Below, piece after piece: positions 51,866 to 62,215 of a stretch of DNA of 64,000 nucleotides. The position numbers and the translations under genes were made by a program. Position 1 is the stretch's first letter, and every line of letters begins with the position of its first letter. Where the stretch lies: positions 992,001 to 1,056,000 of the forward strand of contig CAWBZV010000003.1 in assembly GCA_963793305.1 (NCBI GenBank), read 5' to 3'. The stretch is from an uncultured Gemmatimonadales bacterium. GTDB lineage: Bacteria > Gemmatimonadota > Gemmatimonadetes > Gemmatimonadales > Gemmatimonadaceae. A model generated the notes under the pieces. That model searched no databases and was not told the origin of the DNA. It worked only from the letters and a program-made list of their open reading frames with translations.

Positions 51866-53275
51866 ATGCGCACTCCAATGATTGTCGCGATCGCCGCCCT
51901 CGCCACCCTGGCGAGCGTCGCCCAGGCTCAGCTGGGCCCCCAACAGCAGGCCCTGCACGACATCTACAAGCAGCTGATCGAAACAAACACCGAAGATTCG
52001 GCGGGTGTGGGGAGCGTCACCGCGGCCACTCGGGCGCTCGCCGACAAGTTCCGGGCGGCCGGGTTCCCGGACGCGGACATTCATTTGCTGGGGCCGACGC
52101 CTGACAAGCAGGCGCTCGTCGTCCGGTATCACGGGTCCGGTGCGCGCAAACCGTTACTGCTGCTGGCGCACGTCGACGTTGTGATAGCTCGTCCCACCGA
52201 TTGGTCGACGGACCCGTTCGCGCTGGTCGAGAAGGACGGCTATTTCCAGGCGCGCGGATCGATCGACGACAAGGCCATGGCGGCGATCTTTGTCGCGAAC
52301 CTGTTGCGGTACAAGCAAGAAGGCTTCGTTCCCGATCGCGATTTGATCCTGGCGCTGACGCCGGACGAAGAGAAGGGCGGCCGCCTCGGCGCCGGCTGGC
52401 TCATGGAGAACCACCGCGATCTGATCGGCGATGCCGTCATGGCGTTGAACGAAGGCGGCGGTGGCACGCTGCGCGATGGCAAGCCGTTCTACAACGATGT
52501 GCAGGCGACGGAGAAGGTCGTCACGAACTTCACGCTCACCGCGAAGAATCCCGGCGGTCACTCGTCGCTGCCCAGGCCCGATAACGCGATCTACGAGCTG
52601 GCCGCCGGGCTCACGCGGCTCGCGCACTACTCGTTCCCGGTCCAGTTGAACGAGGTCACGCGCGTGTACTTCGAGCGGTCAGCGGCTATCGAGAAGCCCG
52701 CGATCGGGGCCGCCATGCGCGCGATCCTCAAGGATCCGACGGACGCCAAAGCCGCCGCGACGCTGTCCACCGATCCGCGATACAATTCGGTGCTGCGCAC
52801 AACCTGCGTCGCCACGCGCCTCTCCGGCGGTCATGCGGACAACGCGCTGCCGCAGATCGCGACCGCGTTCGTCAACTGCCGTGTGTTCCCCAACGTCACG
52901 GCCGACGACGTTCGCGCGAAGATCATTGCCGCGGTCGCCGACACCGGCATCGAAGTCTCGCCGCCGAGTGCGCCCATACCGCCGACGCAGCCATCGCCAT
53001 TGAGCCCCGAGATCATGGGACCCGTGGCGTCGATCACCAAGTCGATGTTCGGCGACATCCCGGTGATCCCGTTCATGTCGACGGGCGCGACTGATAGCAA
53101 GTATCTCCGGGCTGCGGGGATCCCGGCGTATGGCGTATCAGGACTCATGGTAGACCCGGCCGATCTCCGGATCCACGGCCGCGACGAGCGCGTGCTCCAG
53201 AAGTCGCTGTATGAGTCTCAAGAGTTTCTGTACCGGCTGGTTAAGGCCCTGTCTTCCCCGAAACCAGTCACTTAA
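51866..53275 (+). CDS. M20/M25/M40 family metallopeptidase (secreted)
   Basis: LAHVDVV, RGSIDDK, DEEKG, NEGG, GGHSS, GATD, IHG.DER. Confidence 0.95.
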   Translation: MRTPMIVAIAALATLASVAQAQLGPQQQALHDIYKQLIETNTEDSAGVGSVTAATRALADKFRAAGFPDADIHLLGPTPDKQALVVRYHGSGARKPLLLLAHVDVVIARPTDWSTDPFALVEKDGYFQARGSIDDKAMAAIFVANLLRYKQEGFVPDRDLILALTPDEEKGGRLGAGWLMENHRDLIGDAVMALNEGGGGTLRDGKPFYNDVQATEKVVTNFTLTAKNPGGHSSLPRPDNAIYELAAGLTRLAHYSFPVQLNEVTRVYFERSAAIEKPAIGAAMRAILKDPTDAKAAATLSTDPRYNSVLRTTCVATRLSGGHADNALPQIATAFVNCRVFPNVTADDVRAKIIAAVADTGIEVSPPSAPIPPTQPSPLSPEIMGPVASITKSMFGDIPVIPFMSTGATDSKYLRAAGIPAYGVSGLMVDPADLRIHGRDERVLQKSLYESQEFLYRLVKALSSPKPVT

Positions 53276-53293
53276 TCACAGACGCATAGTCGC

Positions 53294-54715
53294 GTGAGCA
53301 TGGCCGCTCGTAGCATAGCGGCCATGCTGAGTTTTCTACTCGTCGTTGCCTTGGCGGATTCTCTCGGGCCAGAGGTCCGCAAGTTCGTGCGCGTCGCCGC
53401 GCCCAAAGTCGTCCTCGAGCACGTCGAGGTGATCGACGGCACCGGCGCCCCGCCCCGCGCTGATCAGAGTATCACGATCGAGGGCGGCAAGATCACCGCC
53501 ATTGGTCGTACGCCGCCGAGTGAGGGCGCGACGGTACTCGACTTGAGCGGATACGCGGTCATACCGGGGATCGTCGGCATGCACGATCACCTGTGGTACC
53601 AACACCTGGCGACCCCCGACCGTCCCGCTGTTGCGCTCACCATGACCTACTCGGCCCCTCGCCTGTATCTGGCGAACGGCGTCACGACGATGCGCACGGC
53701 CGCCAGCGTCGATCCATACGCCGAGCTTTCCCTCAAGCACTGGATCGAAACGGGCGTCGCGCCCGGCCCACATCTGGACGTGACGAGTCCATTCCTGTCC
53801 CATGCGCAGAGCCAGGCGTCCCGATTGCTGGATCTCACCGGGCCCGACGATGCGCGAGCTACTGTGGCGTTCTGGGCGGACCACGGCGTGACGTCGGTCA
53901 AGGCGTACCAGGATATCACGCGCGAAGAATTGCGGGCCGCGATCCAAGAGGCGCACAAGCGTGGGCTCAAGGTCACCGGTCATCTGTGCTCGATCACGTA
54001 TGACGAAGCGATCGCCTTAGGTATAGACAATCTCGAGCATGGTTTTCAGGTCAACACCGCGCTCGACCCCGACAAGAAGCCTGACATGTGCAGCGGCAGC
54101 CACGGGGACTCGACGCTGCTCCGCATGATTCCGGGGAAGCCCGAGGCCGATCGACTGATCGCGTCGCTCATCGCCCACCATGTCGCCATCACGTCGACGC
54201 TGGTCTTACTCGCCTCATCGTCGAACCCGCAGCGACCCCTGAGACCCGCGGTGCTGAATGCCATGTCACGGGTTGTGCGTGACGACTATCTCGTGTGGCG
54301 TGATCGGACCCGGGATCTCACGTACTTGAAGACGCTCCTCGCGCGGGACACCGATATGGAGCGCGCGTTCGTCGCCGCCGGTGGCCTCCTGATCGCCGGG
54401 CCGGACCCCGTCGGCATCGCCGGCAATCTCCCGGGGTTCGGGGATCAGCGCGAGATCGAGCTCCTGGTCGACGCCGGATTCACACCGGTCGAAGCGATCA
54501 AGATCGCGACGTACAACGGCGCGACGTTCCTCGGACGCCAGGATCGCATCGGCTCGATCGCTCCAGGCAAGAACGCCGACCTCGTGGTCATCAAGGGCGA
54601 TCCGGCGGCGCGCATCGCGGATGTCGAGAACGTGGAGATCGTGTTCAAAGACGGCGTCGGGTACGACTCCGCCAAGTTGTTGGAGTCGGTCAAGGGCGCG
54701 TACGGCGAATACTAG
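53294..54715 (+). CDS. Amidohydrolase family protein
   Basis: PGIVGMHDH, GVTTMRT, TGHL, LEHG, AGPD, GKNADLVV; start may be 53300 or 53324. Confidence 0.92.
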   Translation: MSMAARSIAAMLSFLLVVALADSLGPEVRKFVRVAAPKVVLEHVEVIDGTGAPPRADQSITIEGGKITAIGRTPPSEGATVLDLSGYAVIPGIVGMHDHLWYQHLATPDRPAVALTMTYSAPRLYLANGVTTMRTAASVDPYAELSLKHWIETGVAPGPHLDVTSPFLSHAQSQASRLLDLTGPDDARATVAFWADHGVTSVKAYQDITREELRAAIQEAHKRGLKVTGHLCSITYDEAIALGIDNLEHGFQVNTALDPDKKPDMCSGSHGDSTLLRMIPGKPEADRLIASLIAHHVAITSTLVLLASSSNPQRPLRPAVLNAMSRVVRDDYLVWRDRTRDLTYLKTLLARDTDMERAFVAAGGLLIAGPDPVGIAGNLPGFGDQREIELLVDAGFTPVEAIKIATYNGATFLGRQDRIGSIAPGKNADLVVIKGDPAARIADVENVEIVFKDGVGYDSAKLLESVKGAYGEY

Positions 54716-55491
54716 GTCGTCTTGAGCAGTCGACGAAGCGCGGGCTGGTAGTAGCGGCTGGAAATGATCTTGGCGCCGCTTTTGAGGTGCACGACGTACG
54801 CACTCTTGCCATAGCGTTCGAGCGTCGCGATGGCGCGGACGTTGACCAGCGCCGATCGCCGGACGCGAACAAAGTTGGTGCGTCCCGCGAGCCGCTGCGC
54901 GAGGCGATCCATGGTCGCTCTCATGACGTACGCGTGGCCGCCGCTATGGACCTTTATATAGTTGCCGGCGCTCTCGAACCACTCGACGCGTTCGATCTCG
55001 ACGAACGACAGTCGTTCGCCGTCGCGGACCACGAGGCGCTCCGAGGTGGGTGTCTCGGCCACAGACGGAGGTGCGGTCGCGTGCTGCGCGAGTAAGCCTT
55101 CGAGGCGATCGGCGAGGGATGCCCCGCGCTGAAGTGACAGGAACGAGGCGGCACGGTCGAGCGCCTCGCGGAGGCGGGCAGGGTCGATGGGTTTCAACAC
55201 ATAGTCCAGCGCGTGCACCTCGAACGCTTTCAGCGCATGCCGGTCGTACGCCGTGACGAACACGACGACGGGCATGGCATCGACCCCGATCTCCTCTATG
55301 ATATCGAACGCCGTCGTTCGCCCGAGCTGGATGTCCAGCAACACGACGTCCGGTCGCCGCTCGACGATGGCCGCGACGGCGGCGTCCCGCCCACCGCACT
55401 CGCCGACGCAGACCACGTCAGGAATCTCGCCGATCTGCCGCTTGAGCCCTCGGCGGGCGGTCGGCTCGTCGTCGACGATCAGAACTTTCAT
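54712..55491 (-). CDS. LytTR family response regulator
   Basis: VDDEP, LLDIQ, FVTAYD, DYVLKP; LytTR domain ESAGNY, FVRVRRSALVN, SRYY. Confidence 0.95.
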   Translation of the reverse strand: MKVLIVDDEPTARRGLKRQIGEIPDVVCVGECGGRDAAVAAIVERRPDVVLLDIQLGRTTAFDIIEEIGVDAMPVVVFVTAYDRHALKAFEVHALDYVLKPIDPARLREALDRAASFLSLQRGASLADRLEGLLAQHATAPPSVAETPTSERLVVRDGERLSFVEIERVEWFESAGNYIKVHSGGHAYVMRATMDRLAQRLAGRTNFVRVRRSALVNVRAIATLERYGKSAYVVHLKSGAKIISSRYYQPALRRLLKTT

Positions 55492-56495
55492 GACATCGGG
55501 ATCTGAATCGCCACGCGCGCTCCGGGCCCCGATGCTTCGAGCGATACCGTAGCGCCGGGGCCGTACAGATGGCGTAGACGCGCACGGGTGTTGGTGAGTC
55601 CGATCCCTTCGCGAGCCCCGTCCCTCACCCCAGGTCCGTCGTCCGCGAGCGTGATATGCAACATCCCGTCGACGCGATGGGCGGCCAGGGTCACGGTCGT
55701 GGGCTTGTCCTCGAACTTGCCGTGCTCGATGGCGTTCTCCAACAGCGGCTGCAGCAAGAACACGGGCACCTGGACGTTCCGTACGTCAGGGTCGATGCGT
55801 TGCTCGACGATCAACTGGTCGCCAAACCGACCGCGCTGAATGTCGAGATAGTCGTTCACGAACTCTAACTCCTGCTCGAGCGGCACCTCGTGTGCTTCCT
55901 CGTCGAGGCTCCGACGGAGCAGGGTCGAGAGGCGCAACAGCATCTGCTGCGCCTTGTCGGCATCCTCGACCACGAAGACGGAGATGGCGTTCAGCGTATT
56001 GAACAGAAAGTGGGGCCTGAGCTGCGACCGGAGCGTGTCGAGCTTGGCCTGCGTGAGCTCGTCCCGGAATCGCAGGGCCGTATACACCATGACGACCACG
56101 GCGTAGAAGACCACCGACGTGGACATCCCCCACACGTAGGGGACACCCCCGACGTGCACTCTCACGACGCCTATGACGCTCGCGTGAGTCCGGATCGCCC
56201 GAATGATCGATTGGAGGGTGAGCGCGATGCCCGTTTGCACGAACGCTAGGCCTAAGGCGAGGCAGAGGTGCACGAGGATCGGCCGGGGTCGCACGGCTCG
56301 ACGAACGAGCGGCGACAGAATGGCCCATGAGAGCCAGAAGCAGAGCACGACCACGGCGCGCGGCCCGAGGTTGAGCGACTTCCCGTCGGCCATGTCGACG
56401 AACACTTCCTGCGCGACGAAGAACGATCCGACGACGAGCGCCAACACCACGACTCGGGACGTTCCGCATGCTCTCGGCGGCCATGAGTCCAACAT
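55488..56495 (-). CDS. LytS/YehU-type sensor histidine kinase
   Basis: TM N-terminus; LRSQLRPHFLFNTLN, LQPLLENAIEHG, DDGPG, GIGLTN. Start is 56495, or 56484 if an insertion at about 56462 is removed. Confidence 0.92.
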   Translation of the reverse strand: MLDSWPPRACGTSRVVVLALVVGSFFVAQEVFVDMADGKSLNLGPRAVVVLCFWLSWAILSPLVRRAVRPRPILVHLCLALGLAFVQTGIALTLQSIIRAIRTHASVIGVVRVHVGGVPYVWGMSTSVVFYAVVVMVYTALRFRDELTQAKLDTLRSQLRPHFLFNTLNAISVFVVEDADKAQQMLLRLSTLLRRSLDEEAHEVPLEQELEFVNDYLDIQRGRFGDQLIVEQRIDPDVRNVQVPVFLLQPLLENAIEHGKFEDKPTTVTLAAHRVDGMLHITLADDGPGVRDGAREGIGLTNTRARLRHLYGPGATVSLEASGPGARVAIQIPMS

Positions 56496-56621
56496 GGGAT
56501 GCCGGATCGGCCCGGGCAACAGGCGCGGGAAATCACACCGGATGCGCAGCCCGTCCCCGCGATACGACCATCTATCCGCACTGTCTAGGCGTGGCTGAGA
56601 CCCGCCCCGTACCGTGGTGCC

Positions 56622-58895
56622 ATGAGTGGTGCCCTGATCGCATCGGTGCTCAGCCTAGGCATGGGTCTCGGGAGCCATTCAGTCTACAACGGTCGCGCGG
56701 GCCAGGTCTCGGTGGAGATCCCGCGCATCGATGCGCGCATTGCCATTGATGGCACGCTCTCCGATCCCGTATGGCAGCGCGCCGCGCTGCTCAATGGGTT
56801 CTCCGAATACAAACCCGTCGATGGGATGCCGGCCGAGGACTCGACGCAGGTGCTGGTATGGTACTCGAAGAGCGCGATCTATTTCGGGATTCGCGCGTTC
56901 GAGATCCACGGACCGGCACATGCCACGCTGGCCAATCGCGATCAGATCGACGGCGACGACAATGTCCAACTCATCCTGAGCCCATTTCTCCATTCGCACC
57001 AGGCGCTCATGTTCGCCGTCAACCCGTATGGCGTGCAGGAAGATGGCACGATCACCGAAGGCGTCGGGACGACGATCGGCGTCACCGGTATCAGCACCGG
57101 GACGGGCCCGGATTCAACGGACTTGAGCTCGGACTTCGTCTACGAGTCGAAAGGGCAGGTCACGTCGTTCGGGTATCAGATCGAAGTGCGGATTCCGTTT
57201 CGGAGCATCAAGTTCCCGGCGAAGTCGCCGCAGGACTGGGGCATCAACATTCTGAGAAAGATTCAGCACTCGGGGCACAGCGACACCTGGTACCCGACGA
57301 AGCTCGCCGCTGCCTCGTATCTCGACCAAGCCGGCACGCTCACCGGGCTCCGGGATCTGGATGCGGGCCTCGTGCTCGACCTCAATCCGGTTGTGACCGA
57401 GGCGGCCGCGGGTGATGCGGCGCGATATAGTGTTGGCCGACCCCAGTTTGGCGGCAATGTGCGATGGGGCATCACGCCGAACTTGCTGCTCAACGGCACG
57501 TACCGTCCGGATTTCGCGGAGGTCGAATCGGACGCCACGCAGATCGTCAATGATCCGCGCGTGGCGCTGCAGTATCCGGAGAAGCGCCCGTTCTTTCTCG
57601 ATGGTCTCGAGCAGTTCAACACGCCGAACAATCTCATTTACACCCGCCAGATTGAGTCACCGCTCGCCGCGACGAAATTGACCGGCAAAGTAGGCAACGT
57701 CTCCCTCGCCTACCTCGGCGCGATTGACCAGGAATTCGGACACCCCGTATTCAACGTGGCCCGGGTCCGCGAGGATTTTTCCCAAGGCTCGGAAATCGGC
57801 GCCGTGTTCACGGATAGAGAAGCGGGCGGGGACTTCAATCGCCTCGCCGGCGTCGATTCGCGCATCACGCTCGGCTCGCTGTATACGCTCAACTTCCAGG
57901 CCGCGAGCAGCATCACGCGCGATGCCGGCGTCAGCACCGCGGGTCCGCTATGGTCCGCCAGCTTTACTCGCACCGGACGGGCGATGTATGTGGACGCGAG
58001 CATCAAGGGCATCGACCCCGATTTCGACGCCGCCAGCGGCTTCATCTCGCGCGGCAACATTGTGCGATCGAATCTGGATTGGCGATACACGTTCTACCCG
58101 AAGCATTCGTTCTTCGACACGTTCGCCATCGACTTGAACTATGCCGACACGTGGGTCTATCGCCAGTTCACGTCGTTCGACGCCCCCGAGGACCGCCAGT
58201 TTCATCCGAGCCTCATCGCGACGCTCCATGGCGGCTGGACAATCCTGGTCACGCTCGCCCTCGAGACCTTCGGGTACGACCCCTCGCTGTACACGAACTA
58301 CTACTTGGGCCATATCACGGCACACGACACGACCTATACCCACTATGTCGGCGGCCCCGCGATAGCGAACACGGATCCCAATCTGCTGATCACGACGCCC
58401 ACATTCGCCAAGTTCGATCTCTCGCTGTTCAGCCTCTATGGGCACGACGACAATTTCTTCGAGTGGTCGCCGGCCAACGTTTGGATCGAAGCGCTGACGT
58501 TGAACTATCGGCCGACGAGCCAGCTCCGGGCGCAGCTCATGTACAACGCCCAGGTGTTCTGGCGGCACGACGATTACTCGATCGTCGGCAAGACGCTGAT
58601 CCCGCGTCTCGTCGTCGAGTACCAGCTCTCGCGGCCCATCTTTTTCCGGCTCGTCGGGCAGTACGAGACCGTGTATCAGAACAATCTGAGGGACGATGGG
58701 CGGACGGATCTGCCGATCTTCTTGCTCAATCCCGCCACCGGCACCTACTCGCGCGCCGCGGCGTTCCAGAATAATCAGCTGCAACTCCAGGGGCTCTTCG
58801 CTTACCAGCCTATTCCCGGCACCGTCGCCTTTGTGGGCTATGGAAACATGTTCAACAGTGTGTTCGTGAAGTTCAGCTATCTGTTTCGGATGTAG
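56622..58895 (+). CDS. DUF5916 / CBM9-like domain outer membrane protein
   Basis: IDGTLSDPVW, FAVNPYGVQ.DG, EVRIPF.SI, PDFAEVESD, PEKRPFFL, terminal FVKFSYLF. Confidence 0.85.
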   Translation: MSGALIASVLSLGMGLGSHSVYNGRAGQVSVEIPRIDARIAIDGTLSDPVWQRAALLNGFSEYKPVDGMPAEDSTQVLVWYSKSAIYFGIRAFEIHGPAHATLANRDQIDGDDNVQLILSPFLHSHQALMFAVNPYGVQEDGTITEGVGTTIGVTGISTGTGPDSTDLSSDFVYESKGQVTSFGYQIEVRIPFRSIKFPAKSPQDWGINILRKIQHSGHSDTWYPTKLAAASYLDQAGTLTGLRDLDAGLVLDLNPVVTEAAAGDAARYSVGRPQFGGNVRWGITPNLLLNGTYRPDFAEVESDATQIVNDPRVALQYPEKRPFFLDGLEQFNTPNNLIYTRQIESPLAATKLTGKVGNVSLAYLGAIDQEFGHPVFNVARVREDFSQGSEIGAVFTDREAGGDFNRLAGVDSRITLGSLYTLNFQAASSITRDAGVSTAGPLWSASFTRTGRAMYVDASIKGIDPDFDAASGFISRGNIVRSNLDWRYTFYPKHSFFDTFAIDLNYADTWVYRQFTSFDAPEDRQFHPSLIATLHGGWTILVTLALETFGYDPSLYTNYYLGHITAHDTTYTHYVGGPAIANTDPNLLITTPTFAKFDLSLFSLYGHDDNFFEWSPANVWIEALTLNYRPTSQLRAQLMYNAQVFWRHDDYSIVGKTLIPRLVVEYQLSRPIFFRLVGQYETVYQNNLRDDGRTDLPIFLLNPATGTYSRAAAFQNNQLQLQGLFAYQPIPGTVAFVGYGNMFNSVFVKFSYLFRM

Positions 58896-58904
58896 TTTTA
58901 TGTA

Positions 58905-59579
58905 ATGACCCTCCGGTCGCGGGCGCTCACGGGGCTCACGCAGTTCGTGCTGACGCTCGGCGTCCTGTTGTTCGGCTCGGCGTGGTCGCTCCGCTACTGG
59001 CAGGCTTGGGCTTTTTTGGCCGCCTTCGGGGTGTCGGTTACCGCGATCACGCTCTACCTACTCCAGAAGGATCCCGCGCTCCTCGAGCGACGGATGCGTG
59101 CCGGGCCCGGCGCGGAGAAGGAGAAGAGCCAGAAGGTCATCCAGGTGGTCGCGAACATCTCTTTTCTCGCCCTCCTCATCGTTCCGGGCCTGGACCACCG
59201 GTTTGGCTGGTCGCACGTGAGCGTGGATGTCGTCTTGGCGGGCGATAGTCTCGTCGTGCTCGGTCTGTACCTCGTCTTCCTCGTGTTTCGCGAGAACAGC
59301 TACACCTCGGGCATCATTGAGGTCGCCGCCGACCAGCGCGTCGTCTCGACTGGTCCATATCGCATCGTCCGCCACCCGATGTACTCCGGCGCACTTGTCC
59401 TGATCTTCGGCATGCCTTTGGCCCTCGGCTCGACATGGGGCCTCGTCTGCTGCCTCCCACTCACGGCCGCGATCGTGGTGCGCCTCATCGACGAGGAGCG
59501 TTATCTTGTGCGACACCTCGCCGGCTATGCCGAGTACCGTGAACGGACCCGGTATCGCCTGATCCCTGGCCTTTACTGA
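58905..59579 (+). CDS. Isoprenylcysteine carboxyl methyltransferase/PEMT family membrane protein
   Basis: FRENSY, QRVVSTGPYRIVRHPMY, EERYL...L.GY.EY...YRLIP. Confidence 0.92.
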   Translation: MTLRSRALTGLTQFVLTLGVLLFGSAWSLRYWQAWAFLAAFGVSVTAITLYLLQKDPALLERRMRAGPGAEKEKSQKVIQVVANISFLALLIVPGLDHRFGWSHVSVDVVLAGDSLVVLGLYLVFLVFRENSYTSGIIEVAADQRVVSTGPYRIVRHPMYSGALVLIFGMPLALGSTWGLVCCLPLTAAIVVRLIDEERYLVRHLAGYAEYRERTRYRLIPGLY

Positions 59580-59586
59580 CGCTCCT

Positions 59587-60132
59587 GTGAATCGCACCCC
59601 AGTCGTTATCGCTTGGACGGTCGCCGCGACCTGTGTCGCGCTTGTTCTCTTCGCGTATTTGTTCGTCGTCACGGGAATGATGCCCGCGAACGCCGACGCG
59701 AAACCCTGGAAGATCGAGCGGTGGGCCGCGAAACGCTCGTTGCACGTGGCCATCGCGCGCGATACCAAGACCATGCATGGCCCCGCGACATCGACCGATT
59801 CGGTCATGACCCTGGGCGTTCGCCTCTACAAGACCAATTGCGCCGTGTGCCATGGCGCTTCGGATGCCAAGCGATCGTCGGTCGCCGACGGCCTCTATGT
59901 GGAGCCGCCGCAGTTCGCCAAGGACAACGTCACTGACGATCCGATCGAGATGACATACTGGAAGATCACGCACGGCATTCGGTTCACCGGCATGCCATCC
60001 TATAGTAAGTCGCTCTCCGACGACCAACGCTGGGCGATCGCCTCGTTCCTCCGGCACCAGGACTCGTTGCCGCCCAATGCCCTGGCGGCGTGGAAAACGA
60101 TGCCGAGTGTCGCCGACAGCGCTTCGCACTGA
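59587..60132 (+). CDS. Membrane-anchored monoheme cytochrome c
   Basis: CAVCH heme motif; YWKITHGIRFTGMP axial Met. Confidence 0.9.
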   Translation: MNRTPVVIAWTVAATCVALVLFAYLFVVTGMMPANADAKPWKIERWAAKRSLHVAIARDTKTMHGPATSTDSVMTLGVRLYKTNCAVCHGASDAKRSSVADGLYVEPPQFAKDNVTDDPIEMTYWKITHGIRFTGMPSYSKSLSDDQRWAIASFLRHQDSLPPNALAAWKTMPSVADSASH

Positions 60133-60142
60133 GGACTCTCGC

Positions 60143-62215
60143 ATGAGTCGATATCTGGCCTTTTTCCTTGTCGCCATGACGCTCGCCCGTGCCGCAGGCG
60201 CTCAAAATCCGTTCTCCCAGCCGAGCCCTCTGTTCGACCAGGCCCCGCCGTTCGACCGGATCCATGACGGCGACTACCAGCCGGCGTTGGAAGAGGGCAT
60301 GCGGCAGCAGCTGGCGGAGGTTCGCCAGATAGCGACCCAGAAGGCCGGACCGACGTTCGATAATACGATTGTCCCGATGGAACGATCGGGCGCGGTCCTG
60401 ACTCGCGCGTACAAAGTGTTCAGCGCGATGACCCAGGCCAACACGAACGATACGCTCGAACGCGTGCAGGCGACGATGGCGCCCAAGCTGGCGGCGCATC
60501 GCGATGCGTTCTTTCTCGACGACAAGCTCTTTCGGCGGGTCGCCACGCTGTACGCACGCCGCGATTCGCTCGGGTTGAACGCCGAGCAGCGATTTCTGGT
60601 CGAGCGCTACTATAAGGACTTCGTGCGCTCAGGCGCGACGCTTGGCGCGAGCGAGAAGGCGCGTCTCAAAACACTGAACGGCGAAGAGGCGACGCTCACG
60701 ACTGCGTTCCAGAAGAAGCTCCTCGCCGCGACAAAGGCTGGCGCGCTGGTCATTGACGATCGCCGCCAGCTGGATGGGATGAGCGACGCGGAGATTGCCG
60801 CCATCGCGCAAGACGACAAGTGGGTGCTGAAGCTCCAGAATACCACGCAACAGCCCGCGCAAGCGTCGCTCTCGAATCGCGACGTGCGGAAGCGCCTGTT
60901 CGAGGCGTCAACGCAACGGGCCGAGCACGGCGATTCGAACGACACGCGCGCGGTGATCACGCGGCTCGCGCAGCTGCGGGCGGAGAAGGCGAAGCTGCTC
61001 GGCTATCCCACGTTCGCGGCGTACGCGCTGGACGATGAGATGACCAAGACGCCCGAGCGGGCGATCAAGCTGTTGAGCGACATAGCGCAGCCGGCGGTGG
61101 CAAAGGCGGGCGAGGAGCAGGCGCGCATGCAAACACTCGCCGGGTTCGCGATCGAACCGTGGGACTGGCAGTACTACGCGGAGCAGGTTCGCAAGAAAGA
61201 TTATGCGCTCGATGAATCGCAGATCAAACCGTACCTGGAGCTCGACCGCGTATTGCACGATGGGGTATTCTTTGCCGCGCACCAGTTGTACGGCCTGACA
61301 TTCAAAGAGCGAAAAGACATTCCCGTGTATCAGCCCGACGTTCGGGTATTCGAGGTCTTCGATGCCGACGGGTCGTCACTGGCGCTCTGGTACTGTGATT
61401 ACTTCAAGCGCGACAACAAGAATGGCGGCGCGTGGGAGGATACGTTTGTCGAGCAGTCCGGGTTGCTCGGCGCCAAGCCCGTCATATACAACGTCGCCAA
61501 TTTCACAAAGCCGACGCCGGGGCAACCGGCGTTGCTGAGCTACGGCGACGTGATTACCATGTTCCACGAGTTCGGCCACGCGCTGCACAGCATGTTCTCG
61601 CACGTGGTGTATCCCCGGTTCAGTGGGACCGCGACGCCGACGGACTTCGTGGAGTTTCCGTCGCAGTTCAACGAGCACTGGGCACTCGATCCGTCCGTCG
61701 TGGCGAACTACGCCAAGGACTATCGCACCGGCGCCCCAATGCCACAGGAGCTGATCGACAAGATCAAGCGCTCGCGCACGTTCAATCAGGGCTTCGCGAT
61801 GACGGAGTCCGTCGAGGCCATGCTGCTCGACATGGCGTGGCACACGATTCCGCCTGGCACCGCGACCGGCGATGTCGACGCCTTCGAGGCCGCCGCGCTC
61901 GAGCGCTACCACGTCACGGTGCACGATGTCCCGCCGCGGTACCGCTCGACGTACTTCTCCCACATCTGGAACAACGGGTACGCGGCTGGATACTACGCGT
62001 ATCTCTGGAGCGAGATCCTCGACGATGACGCGTACGCCTGGTTCGTCGAGCACGGTGGCCTGACGCGCGACAACGGGCAGCGGTTCCGCGACATGATCCT
62101 GTCGCGCGGCGGTACCATCGATGCCGGCGACATGTACCGCGCGTTTCGCGGGCGCGATCCGACCGTGGATGCGCTGCTGGAGAACCGGGGGCTCAAGACG
62201 ACCACGCAGCCGTGA
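60143..62215 (+). CDS. dcp: M3 family peptidyl-dipeptidase Dcp (secreted)
   Basis: PPFDRI, WDWQYYAEQVRK, K.GGAW, FHEFGHALH, DFVEFPSQ, YAAGYYAYLW. Confidence 0.93.
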   Translation: MSRYLAFFLVAMTLARAAGAQNPFSQPSPLFDQAPPFDRIHDGDYQPALEEGMRQQLAEVRQIATQKAGPTFDNTIVPMERSGAVLTRAYKVFSAMTQANTNDTLERVQATMAPKLAAHRDAFFLDDKLFRRVATLYARRDSLGLNAEQRFLVERYYKDFVRSGATLGASEKARLKTLNGEEATLTTAFQKKLLAATKAGALVIDDRRQLDGMSDAEIAAIAQDDKWVLKLQNTTQQPAQASLSNRDVRKRLFEASTQRAEHGDSNDTRAVITRLAQLRAEKAKLLGYPTFAAYALDDEMTKTPERAIKLLSDIAQPAVAKAGEEQARMQTLAGFAIEPWDWQYYAEQVRKKDYALDESQIKPYLELDRVLHDGVFFAAHQLYGLTFKERKDIPVYQPDVRVFEVFDADGSSLALWYCDYFKRDNKNGGAWEDTFVEQSGLLGAKPVIYNVANFTKPTPGQPALLSYGDVITMFHEFGHALHSMFSHVVYPRFSGTATPTDFVEFPSQFNEHWALDPSVVANYAKDYRTGAPMPQELIDKIKRSRTFNQGFAMTESVEAMLLDMAWHTIPPGTATGDVDAFEAAALERYHVTVHDVPPRYRSTYFSHIWNNGYAAGYYAYLWSEILDDDAYAWFVEHGGLTRDNGQRFRDMILSRGGTIDAGDMYRAFRGRDPTVDALLENRGLKTTTQP

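Noticed and set aside
56545..56600. LytTR direct-repeat binding site upstream of the DUF5916 gene
   Set aside because: Expected from the gene layout, but I could not identify convincing repeats with the right spacing.
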